From NCBI GenBank assembly GCA_963678065.2, contig CAXXVZ010000005.1, forward strand, positions 928,001 through 992,000: a stretch of 64,000 bases of DNA, in the 5' to 3' direction. Below are positions 6,309 through 16,401 of the stretch, piece by piece; within the stretch, counting starts at the first letter, position 1, and each line of letters opens with the position of its first letter. This DNA is from Treponemataceae bacterium. GTDB taxonomy: Bacteria; Spirochaetota; Spirochaetia; Treponematales; Rectinemataceae. The notes under the pieces were generated by a model, which was not told the origin of the DNA, made no database searches, and saw only the letters and a list, made by a program, of their open reading frames with translations. The position numbers and the translations under genes are program-made.

Positions 6309-8048
6309 TCAGTCACCTTTAAGGAAGGCAATGAGGGCGGATTCCATGTCGGAAGGGTCGATAATTTCTGTGTGCCGTTCGGCGGGGAGTGCGGATGGCT
6401 TGCTTGAGGGCACTTGGTTTGGCGATTCGGCAGGGACCGGGTATCCGACGAAGGAGGCTATCGGCGAAGGAAGGAGGATGCCAGTGCGGGCTGAGAGAAC
6501 GCGGGCGAGATCGAGGTCGTTTTGGCCGATCTGGTCGATCTGGCCAGTATGGCCGGTATGTGAGAAAGAGAGGCCGGAGAGATTGGTTGCGTTGGGTGCA
6601 TGGGACGGGCTAGGCGAATGGGATGGGTCGGGTGTGGAGGAGGAGGCCGAGAGGGCGCCGAGGCAGACGGCGGGGAATTTGAAGGGGCTGGCGGTGGCGC
6701 AGACGACCATGGGAGTCAAGGAGAGCGAGGCGGGATGCAGTCGTTGGGCCTGGCGCTGGCGATATCGGCGGGCGGCGACGGAGGCGACCGCGGTGTGGGG
6801 ATCGAGGAGGTAGCCCGAACGGGAGTAGACGGCGGAAATTTCGGCGACGGTGGCGTCCTCGTCGACCCAGTCGGCGGAGAAGTCGTCGAACCAGGAGCGT
6901 TCGGTGGTGGAAAGGGTGTAGTGGCCGTTTTCAGCGAGGGATTTCATGAGGGAGGCGGTGCGGACAGGGTCGCGGCCGGTCGACTCGAATATAGCGCGCT
7001 CGAGGTTGCTCGAGACGAGGATGTCCATGGAGGGGCTCGAAGTGACCGAGAAGTCGCGGCGACGGTCGTAGGTTCCGGTGGCGAAGAAGTCGGCGAGGAC
7101 TCTGTTTTTGTTGGAGGCACAGACAAGGGTGCCGACGGGAAGACCCATTGCTTTCGCGTAGCGGGCGGCGAGGATGTCGCCGAAGTTGCCGGTCGGGACG
7201 GTGAAGTCGACGCTCTGTCCGGGTTTGATGACGCCCCGGACGAGGAGGTCGCGCCAGGCTTTCACATAATAGACGATCTGGGGGAGGAGGCGGGCCATGT
7301 TGATTGAGTTGGCGGAAGAGAGGCGGACGCCGGTTTCGTCGAAACAGCGTGCCGAACTGCCGAATATCCGCTTGACGCCGCGCTGGGCGTCGTCAAAATT
7401 GCCGCGGATGCCAAAGACTTTCTGTGAGGGGTCGGCGACGGTGGTCATCTGGAGTCGCTGGATGAGGCTCGTGCCTGTGGCGGGATAGTAGACGACGGTG
7501 CTGATGCCGGGGCGATGCGCGAATCCCGCTAGGGCGGCGGAGCCGGTGTCGCCGGAGGTGGCGACGAGGATGGCGACGCGGTCGGCGATGCCTTCGCGGT
7601 CGAGGCTGTGGCGGAGAATGCTGCCCATAAGGGAGAGGGCTAGGTCTTTGAAGGCGCAGGTCGGGCCGTGGAAGAGTTCGAGGATGTAGGTGGAAGCGGC
7701 GATTGCGGTGGAGTCGGATGTGGCGGATGTGGCGGCAGAGCCGGCGGGGGCGATGCGGTCGTCGAGACGGACGAGGGGGACGGGGTCGGGGCTGTCGAAG
7801 AGGGCCGAGGAGGCGTCGAGGGCGGCGCGGAACCAGGATTCGTCCCAGCCGGGGAAGAAGGGGGCCAGGACGAGCCAGGCGAGGTCGGTGTAGGACAGCG
7901 GCGCGGGGTCGAAGACGCGCGCGGGGAGGCACGGCATTTCGTCGGGAACGTAGAGGCCGCCATCGGGGGCGAGGCCGTCGATGACGGCGCGCTCGATGCC
8001 GACGGAGGGGGCGGTGGATCTGGTCGAGGTGTATCGTGTCGCTTTCAC
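6309..8048 (-). CDS. thrC: Threonine synthase (with low-complexity insertions)
   Basis: YTSTR, GLAPDGGLY, LELFHGPTCAFKD, ATSGDTGSA, SANSIN, PTGNFGD. Confidence 0.95.
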   Translation of the reverse strand: MKATRYTSTRSTAPSVGIERAVIDGLAPDGGLYVPDEMPCLPARVFDPAPLSYTDLAWLVLAPFFPGWDESWFRAALDASSALFDSPDPVPLVRLDDRIAPAGSAATSATSDSTAIAASTYILELFHGPTCAFKDLALSLMGSILRHSLDREGIADRVAILVATSGDTGSAALAGFAHRPGISTVVYYPATGTSLIQRLQMTTVADPSQKVFGIRGNFDDAQRGVKRIFGSSARCFDETGVRLSSANSINMARLLPQIVYYVKAWRDLLVRGVIKPGQSVDFTVPTGNFGDILAARYAKAMGLPVGTLVCASNKNRVLADFFATGTYDRRRDFSVTSSPSMDILVSSNLERAIFESTGRDPVRTASLMKSLAENGHYTLSTTERSWFDDFSADWVDEDATVAEISAVYSRSGYLLDPHTAVASVAARRYRQRQAQRLHPASLSLTPMVVCATASPFKFPAVCLGALSASSSTPDPSHSPSPSHAPNATNLSGLSFSHTGHTGQIDQIGQNDLDLARVLSARTGILLPSPIASFVGYPVPAESPNQVPSSKPSALPAERHTEIIDPSDMESALIAFLKGD

Positions 8049-8174
8049 GCGGCAAGGATACCTGATCGGAGCGCCGAAAGTTAAGTATTCACCGAGTAAA
8101 AATGTATCTATATACAGTATTTTGAGACGACTTGCGCATTTTGCGGATGGGAGGGGGAGGTCGGGACGGGGTCA

Positions 8175-8341
8175 GATGTCGATGCGGGCGGATGCTGATG
8201 ATGCGGGCGGATGCTGATGATGCGCGGATGCTGATGACGGGCGGATGTCGATGCGCTCGGGCGTCGATGTGGATGGATGGTGTTGAAGAGCGGATGTCGA
8301 TGTGGATGGATGCTGATGATGGGCGGATGAGGATGCGGGCG
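8175..8341. repeat. Low-complexity degenerate tandem repeat (cggatgctgatgatgcggg-like units)
   Basis: Repeated gatg/cggatg units in the ftn-thrC intergenic region. Confidence 0.75.
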
Positions 8342-8400
8342 CTTGTTGGGGCGGAGGCAGAGGGGGACGGTCAGCGATCGGGATAGGGGGATCGGCGGGA

Positions 8401-8433
8401 TAAAAATCCGGCTCCGGAATGGACCGGAGCCGG
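8401..8433 (-). terminator. Intrinsic terminator after the ferritin gene
   Basis: 10-bp stem ccggctccgg/ccggagccgg followed by ATTTTT on the minus strand. Confidence 0.7.
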
Positions 8434-8473
8434 GGGTAGGGGCTCAGACTTCTGGGAGCGGAAGATGCGGAGA

Positions 8474-9010
8474 TCAGCCGAGCTTGGTGAAGTCGGAGGA
8501 GACGGAGAGGTCGCGCTTGCCGAGTTCGATGTTGAGCATGAAGGCGCCCTGGGCGGAGCCTCCGAGGAGATCGTAGGTTCTGAGGGTGTCGGTGGCGTTT
8601 TTCTCTTCTTCGACTTGCTCGTCGATGTACCATTGGGCGAGGCCGATGGTGGCGTAGTCTTTTTCGGCGATGGCGAGGTCCATGATCTCGCGGATGCTGG
8701 CGGTGACAAACCGCTCGTGCTCGAGGATCTGGCTGAAAATGCCCTTCATGCTGGTCGATTCGACTTTTGGAGTGTCGATGGCGGCGAGTCTGGGGCTGGC
8801 ACCCTGTTCCTGGAGATACTTGTAGAACTTCATGGCGTGGAACATTTCCTCGTGGTACTGGACCATGAGCCACTTGGCAACGCCATCGTAGCCCACATCG
8901 GTCATCACGGCGGACATGGCCATGTACAGGTACGCAGAATACATTTCCCGGTTGATCTGAAGATTGATCCGGTCGGTCATTTTGGCAGATATCATTGTTT
9001 CCTCCATCAT
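8474..9010 (-). CDS. ftnA: Non-heme ferritin
   Basis: QINREMYSAYLY, EEMFHAMKF, QWYIDEQVEEE ferroxidase motifs. Confidence 0.93.
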   Translation of the reverse strand: MMEETMISAKMTDRINLQINREMYSAYLYMAMSAVMTDVGYDGVAKWLMVQYHEEMFHAMKFYKYLQEQGASPRLAAIDTPKVESTSMKGIFSQILEHERFVTASIREIMDLAIAEKDYATIGLAQWYIDEQVEEEKNATDTLRTYDLLGGSAQGAFMLNIELGKRDLSVSSDFTKLG

Positions 9011-9117
9011 AATTCTGGGGTTCGCGCAGGCGCGATATAACGGCTCCTCAGGGAACTGTATTCACCAAAAGTAATGCCTGGTGGCCAGAATGGCAAATGC
9101 AATCACGGTGGCCGGGG

Positions 9118-10011
9118 TCAGGAGAGCCAGGTGGCGATATACTTGAGTCCCTTCTCGTCGCGGGGGAGGCGGCCACGGGAGGCAGTCGTTCCGACGGCGC
9201 CGGTGGAGCCCGACGAGTCGAGGTTGATCCATGAGCCGGGCAGTCCGAGGGAGCGGGCGGCGACCTCGAAATGGCGCATGGCGATTCCCATGTCGACATT
9301 CTGCAGTCTGACCTCGCCGAAAATGCCGTTGTAGGCTTTGTCCTCAGCGAGGTAAAGATGGAAGGCCGCAGGAGAGGACGCGATGGGCGGGGTTCGGATG
9401 ATGCGCCATGGCTGTTTGTTGGAGGCGGAGGGGGCCATGCGGACGGCCTCTAATACGGTAGTCCAAGGCTCGGAGGAATTCATGGGGTAGGGTTGGTCGA
9501 AACTGCTGTCGAAAAAAAGCAAAGAAGGATCTTTGCGTGTCCGCGACGCGGCGGCATTTGTGACGAGGCGGTCGACGAGACTGCGGACTTCGGCCGGCCG
9601 GCCGATGGCGCAGACGGCAGGGATGAGGTCGCCCGGTTCGGCTCCGACAGCGGCGGTGGCGCGCGCATGGTCGAAGACTCCGCCTATCCAGCAGGTGCCG
9701 AGGCCGAGTCTGGTCGCCTCGAGGATCACGCCTTCCATGGCGTAGCCAAAATCTTCATTTGCGTGGGCGGAGCGGGAAACGGAGCCGGCGATGTACGCAG
9801 GCACGTTGGAGATGAGACCGTAGGTGCCCATTTTGACTTTGCCGCGGACCGCGGCCGTCAGTACGGCGAAGCGGGGTTTGCCGCCGAAGGGGCCTGGCAC
9901 GGCGGACTGGAAGGCCGCGGCGAGCACGGCGATTTCAGAGTCGGAGAGAGGGCTGCCGTCGTAGCTTCTTGTGGATCTGCGCGAGGTGATGGTGTCGAGA
10001 TCGATGTTCAT
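9118..10011 (-). CDS. Nitroreductase-family protein (tandem domains)
   Basis: SRRSTRSY, LGLGTCWIGG, APSASNKQPW, DMGIAMRHF; ATGA overlap with tag. Confidence 0.85.
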   Translation of the reverse strand: MNIDLDTITSRRSTRSYDGSPLSDSEIAVLAAAFQSAVPGPFGGKPRFAVLTAAVRGKVKMGTYGLISNVPAYIAGSVSRSAHANEDFGYAMEGVILEATRLGLGTCWIGGVFDHARATAAVGAEPGDLIPAVCAIGRPAEVRSLVDRLVTNAAASRTRKDPSLLFFDSSFDQPYPMNSSEPWTTVLEAVRMAPSASNKQPWRIIRTPPIASSPAAFHLYLAEDKAYNGIFGEVRLQNVDMGIAMRHFEVAARSLGLPGSWINLDSSGSTGAVGTTASRGRLPRDEKGLKYIATWLS

Positions 10012-10649
10012 GTGGGGTTTCCGTTCTGCTGGTGTCGCGGTATATCGCGCGACGCAGCATCGTGCGATGGTCCCGAGGCAGGCTCGGGGGGATTGTTCGC
10101 GGGGTGACGAAAGCAGGTGAGAAGGTGATCGTTGACGACGCCGACAGCCTGAAGATGGGCGTAGATCGTCGTCGATCCGACGAACTTGAAGCCGCGTTTC
10201 CGCAAATCGGCGCTGACTTCGTCGGAGAGAGGGGTAGTTACCGGAATTTCGGATAATGCGCTCCACGAGTTGACGACGGGGCGGCCGCCCGTGAAGTGCC
10301 AGAGGTAGGCGTCAAAGGAGCCGAATTCGCGGGCGACTTCCAGGAAACAGCGCGCGTTGGTGACCGCGGCTTCGAGCTTGCGCCGGTTGCGGATGAGACC
10401 CGCGTCGAGCAGCATCGCGTCGACTTCGGAGGCTCCGAAAGAGGCCACCTTCTGCGCGTCGAACCCAAGGAAGGCTCTGCGGTAGGCTTCGCGCTTGCCG
10501 AGGATAGTCCGCCAGGAGAGGCCGGCCTGCTGTGTCTCCAGAATGAGAAATTCGAAATGCTTCGTTTCGTCGTGTACGGGGGAGCCCCATTCCACGTCGT
10601 GGTAGGCGACATAGAGCGGGTCGCTGCCGCACCAGGAACATCGTTGCAT
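10008..10649 (-). CDS. tag: DNA-3-methyladenine glycosylase I
   Basis: RCSW, YHDVEWG, QAGLSW, GLIRNRRK, RGFKFVG, VNDHLLTC. Confidence 0.95.
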   Translation of the reverse strand: MQRCSWCGSDPLYVAYHDVEWGSPVHDETKHFEFLILETQQAGLSWRTILGKREAYRRAFLGFDAQKVASFGASEVDAMLLDAGLIRNRRKLEAAVTNARCFLEVAREFGSFDAYLWHFTGGRPVVNSWSALSEIPVTTPLSDEVSADLRKRGFKFVGSTTIYAHLQAVGVVNDHLLTCFRHPANNPPEPASGPSHDAASRDIPRHQQNGNPT

Positions 10650-10875
10650 TCCTGTATGATACTGCAGGTCGCAGGGAGCAGGCAAATTCGTCGTCGTGAG
10701 CAAATTCTGGCGCCGGCCGCACGAACAAGCCGGGAGATGACGGCAAATCGGACTGTGCGGCGGGGAGAGAAGAAATTTCGTGTTTACATTCAGTCGGACA
10801 ATAGTCTAGAATAAATAAACTTTGCCTGCCGAAAGCGAATCGGCAGGATCCGTCCGATCGTGTTTCAGAGGAGGA

Positions 10876-11400
10876 ATGATCTTGAAAAAACTGTTCATTG
10901 TGATGGTAATCGCGCTGCTGACCGTAAGCGCGGCGACGGCCGAAGGCTTCCTGATCCCCAAGGCCAAGCCGCACATGGCTCCGGGAGCATTTGCCGCCTC
11001 AGTCGGTGTCAATTTCGGCTATGGCTCTGTCGGCGTCGCCGGCGGCGTAGAAACGATTCTCGGTCAGATCAACATTCCGGATGCCTTCCCCCTGACCTAC
11101 GGCGTGGCGGCCCGCGGAGCCCTGTCGACATGGGGGAGCACGCTGTATACGGCGGCCGGCGGTTTCGCGACCCTGCATTTAGCGTGGACATCCTTCAACC
11201 TGCCAGAGTGGGTGCAGAAATTCGACACCTACGCCGGGATCGGACTCGGCGTCAACATCACGCCTTCGATGCATATCGGATTCGCGTCCCTCACCGGCTT
11301 GGCCTATCACCTCAACGACAACCTCGCGATCGTCGCCGAAGGGCTCTATCTCGGCTGGTACGGATTCGCTTCGTCCCTCGGAGTGCAGATCAAGCTGTAA
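10876..11400 (+). CDS. Secreted protein, likely a small outer-membrane beta-barrel
   Basis: GGAGG RBS, signal peptide MILKKLFIV...ATA, alternating hydrophobic Gly/aromatic strands. Confidence 0.7.
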   Translation: MILKKLFIVMVIALLTVSAATAEGFLIPKAKPHMAPGAFAASVGVNFGYGSVGVAGGVETILGQINIPDAFPLTYGVAARGALSTWGSTLYTAAGGFATLHLAWTSFNLPEWVQKFDTYAGIGLGVNITPSMHIGFASLTGLAYHLNDNLAIVAEGLYLGWYGFASSLGVQIKL

Positions 11401-11411
11401 GAGCCGGATCA

Positions 11412-11454
11412 CGGAAAACAAAAAGGCACCTTCGCGGTGCCTTTTTGTTTTCCG
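11412..11454. terminator. Bidirectional intrinsic terminator
   Basis: 19-bp inverted repeat cggaaaacaaaaaggcacc-ttcgc-ggtgcctttttgttttccg between convergent genes. Confidence 0.85.
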
Positions 11455-11505
11455 GAACACTTCCCTCACGGGATGCCTTCTGTCCGACAAGATCTACCTG
11501 AAAAC

Positions 11506-13695
11506 CTACCTAAAAAGTCGGCCGGTGTTGAATGAGACTTTCCAGGCAGGTGTCGCGAGGCTTTTCGTCACCGAGATCGAGAAATCGAAGGGAGCGAGGC
11601 CGAGTATGGAACAGGAAGCGGAAGCGGAAACTCCGGCGGCCATTTCCGGGATCGATATGCCGGCCATCGCCCCGGTGCCCGCGCGAAGATTCCCGCTCCA
11701 GACAGCGTCGAGCAGGGGAGAAAACTCGATATTCTGGACGATTACCATCTCGCCCGCATCGAATTCAAGGAATCGGGCGCGCCAGACCGCTTCGGCCGTG
11801 CCTATGATCCACACGGGAGAGAGAGCCGAGGGAAGAGGGCCCCGGAATCCGTCCGAGGCTTTCAAAGCCGTGCCGGGGCCGAATACGGAATCGCGTCCCG
11901 CCAGCCTGAAGCGCAGACCGAGCGGAGCCGAAATCTTCGAGGAGAGACGGACAGACCATTCGGGCCCGGCATTGCCCCGGGAATCGAGGAACCAATCCAG
12001 GCTGGCGTCCGAGGCAAGGGGGCGAACCTTGTGCGTTCGCGCGGATAAACCTGAAAAGACCCGCCATTCGGGGATACCGGTGGCGAAGGGGATTCCATAT
12101 TCTCCTCCCGCGAAGGCGGAGAAAACGAGATGACGGCTGCCGAACACGAATCCACTCTTTCCGGCGAGGTCGAGGTGGCGGGGGTCGAGGGGCAGACCGA
12201 TCGATACGGGTCTCCACGCTCCGGAAAGACGTCCGTCGATCCGCGCGAAAAAGCCGCCGACTGGCCGCGCCGAGGCCGAAAAAACGAGTCCCCAGGCATG
12301 GGATGGGTCGTCGCCGAGGCTGAAATCAAGACCGACGCCGGATGAGAGGATTCCGTCCCTCCTGATGGCGCGGAAGCCGAAATATCGTCGACCCAGATCG
12401 AAGCCGGTATCTCCGGCAACATCGTCGGCGAGTCTGAAAACGGGAATGACGATGGTCTGCGGCAAGTTGGGAGGCTCGTTTCCCTTCACGAAATCGTCTA
12501 TGGCAGCCTCGACGAGAGGGCCATACTCCGCGTTTTTTTTCAGAAGAACAGGGTCGGGCGGGGTCGGTTCAGCCACCGCGAGAATTTCAGGCAATGCGGC
12601 CTGGGCGGATACATACCCGCGGCTGACAATGCCGTGCGGCCGGGAAAATTCCATGTAGGAAACGCTCTCGACGTCGTTGCGGATGATGACTGGCTTCAAG
12701 TCGACAAGCCCCTGTACGGCGCTGCGGGTCTTCCCGATGTCGATAGCCCGGTTGATGACCGTCAAGGGGTTGGAAAACTTCATGGCCTTGTCGTACATGG
12801 TCACGGAGACGATGACTTTCCGGCTGTAGTCATAGGCGGCGGAGGCCGGGACGAGGTTGGTGATGCCGCCGTCGATGAGGAGATAGTCGTCGATCCGCAC
12901 CGGTTCGAAGACAGCGGGGAGGGCGAAGGACGCGGCCATGACATCGGCAAAATTGCCTTTCATGACGCGGACCTGACGCCGCGACTTGAGGTCTTCGAAG
13001 ATGATCATGATGGGAATGGGAAGATCGGCGATGTCGACATCGCCGACGATCGATCGGACGAAGGCCGCGAACCTGCCGGCATTTATGAAACCGCCCGACA
13101 AGGGAAGGACGAGGTCGATGAGGCTGCCGATGGAGATGCCGGACACAAGGGACTCGATCGTGTCAGGAGTGAAGCCGGCCGCATACATCATGCCGACGAT
13201 GGCTCCCATGGAGTTGGCGACAATGAAGTCGGGGCGTATGCCTTTTTCTTCGAGGGCTTTGAGGACGCCGATGTGGGCGAAGGCGCGGGCCGAGCCGCCG
13301 GAAAGCACGAGGCCGAGGGGTTCGCGCGCGGTGCGGACCGAATCGAGCCGGCGGGCGAAGGCTTCGCCGCCGAGTTTGATGGGTTCAATCGTGTCGAGGA
13401 TGCGGGCATTGTCCGTGAAGAAGGCCTTTCCGCCGGAGCCCGGGTCCACGGCAGGCGCGATCGGAGCCGGAGCTTCGGTCGATGCCGCGGCGGGAGTTTC
13501 GGCCGGGAGGGGGGCAGCGACGACGGGTAAGCCAAGCGCGATGAGGGCGGCGAGAAGGGCCAGGCGTGCGCGGCACGGCGAACGCAGAGGCACGAGGACC
13601 CCGATCGGGTGCCGCGGCGGCCGCGGCCTCGATGCGGCGGAGAGATAGCGTATAATCCCTTGCATCATCGCACTGTACAACAAAGCTGCCATCAT
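11506..13695 (-). CDS. Patatin-like phospholipase with a C-terminal beta-rich domain (start uncertain)
   Basis: LSGGSARAFAHIGVL, ANSMGA nucleophile elbow, LIDGG. Confidence 0.85.
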   Translation of the reverse strand: MMAALLYSAMMQGIIRYLSAASRPRPPRHPIGVLVPLRSPCRARLALLAALIALGLPVVAAPLPAETPAAASTEAPAPIAPAVDPGSGGKAFFTDNARILDTIEPIKLGGEAFARRLDSVRTAREPLGLVLSGGSARAFAHIGVLKALEEKGIRPDFIVANSMGAIVGMMYAAGFTPDTIESLVSGISIGSLIDLVLPLSGGFINAGRFAAFVRSIVGDVDIADLPIPIMIIFEDLKSRRQVRVMKGNFADVMAASFALPAVFEPVRIDDYLLIDGGITNLVPASAAYDYSRKVIVSVTMYDKAMKFSNPLTVINRAIDIGKTRSAVQGLVDLKPVIIRNDVESVSYMEFSRPHGIVSRGYVSAQAALPEILAVAEPTPPDPVLLKKNAEYGPLVEAAIDDFVKGNEPPNLPQTIVIPVFRLADDVAGDTGFDLGRRYFGFRAIRRDGILSSGVGLDFSLGDDPSHAWGLVFSASARPVGGFFARIDGRLSGAWRPVSIGLPLDPRHLDLAGKSGFVFGSRHLVFSAFAGGEYGIPFATGIPEWRVFSGLSARTHKVRPLASDASLDWFLDSRGNAGPEWSVRLSSKISAPLGLRFRLAGRDSVFGPGTALKASDGFRGPLPSALSPVWIIGTAEAVWRARFLEFDAGEMVIVQNIEFSPLLDAVWSGNLRAGTGAMAGISIPEMAAGVSASASCSILGLAPFDFSISVTKSLATPAWKVSFNTGRLFR

Positions 13696-13730
13696 AAAAA
13701 GATGATCCGTAATGTCCGGGCCAAAATTGC

Positions 13731-13759
13731 TTGCGCGCCCTCCGAATGAATGCTATAAC
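13731..13759 (+). promoter_or_regulatory. Sigma70-type promoter of the 2-oxoacid oxidoreductase operon
   Basis: TTGCGC-17bp-TATAAC with extended -10 TGn. Confidence 0.6.
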
Positions 13760-13957
13760 ATTTGAAACGGGGTTGCGCGGGTCGAAACAATCCTCCGCCG
13801 TAACCCCGATCATGCCGATTCATGGCAGCTCACACAGAATTTCCGATTTCTCTCCCGTTATCCCGGGATCAAGAACAGCGAGGCAACTCTAAAAGGATGT
13901 CTTGATACAGGATACCAGCGCTGCCTGTGGCAGAAAACACGCAAAAGGGCGGACAGC

Positions 13958-14593
13958 ATGCAGGAGATCCGGTTTCATGGACGGGGCGGACAGGGCACCG
14001 TGCTCGCGTCCATCGCTCTCGCAAAGGCCTTTTTCCGGGCTGGGTATTGGGTGCAGACTTTTCCTGTCTTCGGTTCCGAGCGCCGCGGAGCCCCGGTCGA
14101 GGCATATTTGCGGCTGGATACCGTTAAAATTTTCGTGCGCAGCAACGTCTATGAGCCCGATCATGTCGTGGTCCAGGATCCGCGCCTGCTGGAAATCATC
14201 GATGTGACAAAGGGACTGAAAAAAGGCGGCTGGATTCTCCTCAATTCGCCGTCGCTCCCGGAAAGGCCGGATCGTTTTACGGGATTCAGGCTGGCATGCG
14301 TGGATGCTTCCAGAATCGCTCTCGAACACGGACTGGGCGCGAAAATACAGCCCATCACCAATACGGCGATGCTGGGGGCCTTCGCCCGCGTGTTCGGCGC
14401 GCCGCCTTTCGACGCAGTAGCGGAGGCCATAGAGCGCGAAATGCCGACGAAACTGGCGGAGAACGTGGCGGCTGCCCGATCCGCGTACGACGAAGTGCTG
14501 ATGTTCGGCCTGATGGGCGGAGCCGCGCCCGATGGCAGCTCAGCGCCTTCGTCGCCTTTGTCGCCCGCATCGGGAAACGGGGCCGCGTCATGA
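13958..14593 (+). CDS. porC: 2-oxoacid:acceptor oxidoreductase gamma subunit
   Basis: EIRFHGRGGQG, FGSERRGAPV, NTAMLGA. Confidence 0.9.
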   Translation: MQEIRFHGRGGQGTVLASIALAKAFFRAGYWVQTFPVFGSERRGAPVEAYLRLDTVKIFVRSNVYEPDHVVVQDPRLLEIIDVTKGLKKGGWILLNSPSLPERPDRFTGFRLACVDASRIALEHGLGAKIQPITNTAMLGAFARVFGAPPFDAVAEAIEREMPTKLAENVAAARSAYDEVLMFGLMGGAAPDGSSAPSSPLSPASGNGAAS

Positions 14594-16401
14594 GCCGGGG
14601 AATGGAGGCTTTCCTTCCGGTTTCACTCTTCATGCCCAGGTCGAGCGGCTCCACTTCGGTCAACAAAACCGGCTCGTGGAGCTTCATGAGGCCGCGATAC
14701 CAGGAAAAAACGGCTCCCTGTTCCGCGCGATGTCCCTGCGGGCAGGACATTCCCCGAATCGAGATGCTCGTTTCACGCGGGCATTTCGCGGCCGCGTGGA
14801 GGGTCGCCCTCGCCGAAAATCCCCTGCCGGGAAGCTGCGGGCGGGTCTGCTTCCATCCCTGCGAGGGAGCCTGCAACCGCAAAGAGTTCGATTCTTCCGT
14901 TTCCATCAACGCGATCGAGCGCTTTCTGGATGACATGGCCGATTCCGAAGCGAGCCCGGGCGGGCTGAGCGCCGGAAAACCCACGGGCAGGCGCGTCGCG
15001 ATCGTCGGATCGGGCCCTGCCGGACTTTCGGCAGCCTACTTCTTGGCCCGCCTCGGCTACGACTGCGAAATCATCGAAGCCGAACACGAGCCGGGCGGCG
15101 TGCTGCGGTATGGCATACCGTCGTACCGCTTGCCCACCGCGATTCTGGACCGGGAAATCGGCAGGATAAAGGCACTGGGCGTCGAAATCCGCTGCTCGGA
15201 GGCCGTCGGGGAGGATTTCCTCGCAACCGCGGGCGAGCGCTTCGACGCGATGTTTATCGGCTGCGGGCACGGCCGCGCGCTCGGTCTGGAGATCCCCGGA
15301 GGGGCTTTCGCGGTGGACGGGCTCGCTTTCCTGAAGGAAATCAGATCCGGGGCGAAGGGCATAGAGGAAATGGGGAATGGGAGAGTGGCCGCCGTGATAG
15401 GCGGAGGCAACACCGCCATCGACGTAGCGCGCTCCCTGCTGCGTCTCGGCGCGATCCCCGCAATCGTCTACCGGCGCAGGCGCGAGGACATGCCCGCGTT
15501 TGGCCGGGAGATCGAGCGGGCGATCGAAGAGGGCGCCCGCCTCGTGGAGCTCTGTTCCCCGCACTCCATCGAGGCCGCGGGCGCCGGGGTCGTATTGAAG
15601 GTTCAGAAGATGCGCATCTCGGAACAGGGCGCGGATGGAAGAATGCGCGTCGTTCCGGTTCCGGGCGAACTGGACTCGCTCGCGGTGGACGCGGTGTATT
15701 CGGCTGTCGGAGCCGATGCGGATGAGCCGTGGTTGCCGCCGGCCGAAGGCCCCGGAACGCTGCGCTTCGGCCACTGTGTCGCGGTTTTCGGGCGTCGGGC
15801 TTCCACTTCCGGCGCCGTGGGTCATTCCGGTATGGGCAAGGGCGAGATCCCGAGGATATATGGCGGCGACCTCGTCAACGCGGAGGAAAGCGTGGCCGAT
15901 GCCATCGCCTCGGGGAAAGAGGCCGCCATCGCCCTGGACGCCTATTTCCGCGGCGGCGTTGCGGAGGTCGAACGGGAATTTGCCCGTTGCGGAATCGGCG
16001 ATGGAAAGGCTCTCTCCATGGAGGTATACCTCGGCGGGCCGAGGCAGCTCCGCTCCCGCCTCGTCGTCGGGTTCGAGGCGGTCAACGCCGATTATTTTTC
16101 GCCTTCGGAAAAGGAGGGCGGGCAGTCGGTTTCCGCGGCGGATTCGATACGGTCTTTCGACGAGATTGAGTCGGCCCTGGATTCCGGGAAGGCCGTCGCG
16201 CAGGCCGGGCGCTGCTTCAACTGCGGTCTGTGCAACGATTGTGACAATTGCAGGACTTTCTGCCCGGAGGTCGCGGTGATCGCCCCCGACGCGGTGGGGG
16301 CGACGGCGCGGCGGGTGAACGCGGACTACTGCAAGGGCTGTGGGGTCTGCGTGACCGAATGCCCGCGCTGCGCGATGGTCATGGAGGAGCAGCAATCATG
16401 A
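14590..16401 (+). CDS. GltD/SudA-like FAD/NAD(P) oxidoreductase fused to delta-subunit-type 4Fe-4S motifs
   Basis: NKTGSWSFMRP; CSARCP; GRVCFHPCEGAC; GSGPAGL; GGGNTA; CFNCGLCNDCDNCRTFCP; YCKGCGVCVTECP. Confidence 0.88.
   Translation: MSRGMEAFLPVSLFMPRSSGSTSVNKTGSWSFMRPRYQEKTAPCSARCPCGQDIPRIEMLVSRGHFAAAWRVALAENPLPGSCGRVCFHPCEGACNRKEFDSSVSINAIERFLDDMADSEASPGGLSAGKPTGRRVAIVGSGPAGLSAAYFLARLGYDCEIIEAEHEPGGVLRYGIPSYRLPTAILDREIGRIKALGVEIRCSEAVGEDFLATAGERFDAMFIGCGHGRALGLEIPGGAFAVDGLAFLKEIRSGAKGIEEMGNGRVAAVIGGGNTAIDVARSLLRLGAIPAIVYRRRREDMPAFGREIERAIEEGARLVELCSPHSIEAAGAGVVLKVQKMRISEQGADGRMRVVPVPGELDSLAVDAVYSAVGADADEPWLPPAEGPGTLRFGHCVAVFGRRASTSGAVGHSGMGKGEIPRIYGGDLVNAEESVADAIASGKEAAIALDAYFRGGVAEVEREFARCGIGDGKALSMEVYLGGPRQLRSRLVVGFEAVNADYFSPSEKEGGQSVSAADSIRSFDEIESALDSGKAVAQAGRCFNCGLCNDCDNCRTFCPEVAVIAPDAVGATARRVNADYCKGCGVCVTECPRCAMVMEEQQS

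Noticed and set aside
8172..8400. Threonine attenuator or T-box leader upstream of thrC
   Set aside because: No Thr-codon-rich leader peptide or T-box consensus was found; the sequence looks like a microsatellite, and the hairpin fits a ferritin terminator.
13760..13957. tRNA or TPP/SAM riboswitch
   Set aside because: No cloverleaf or TTCGA arm, and the conserved riboswitch cores are missing; kept only as an unclassified structured leader.
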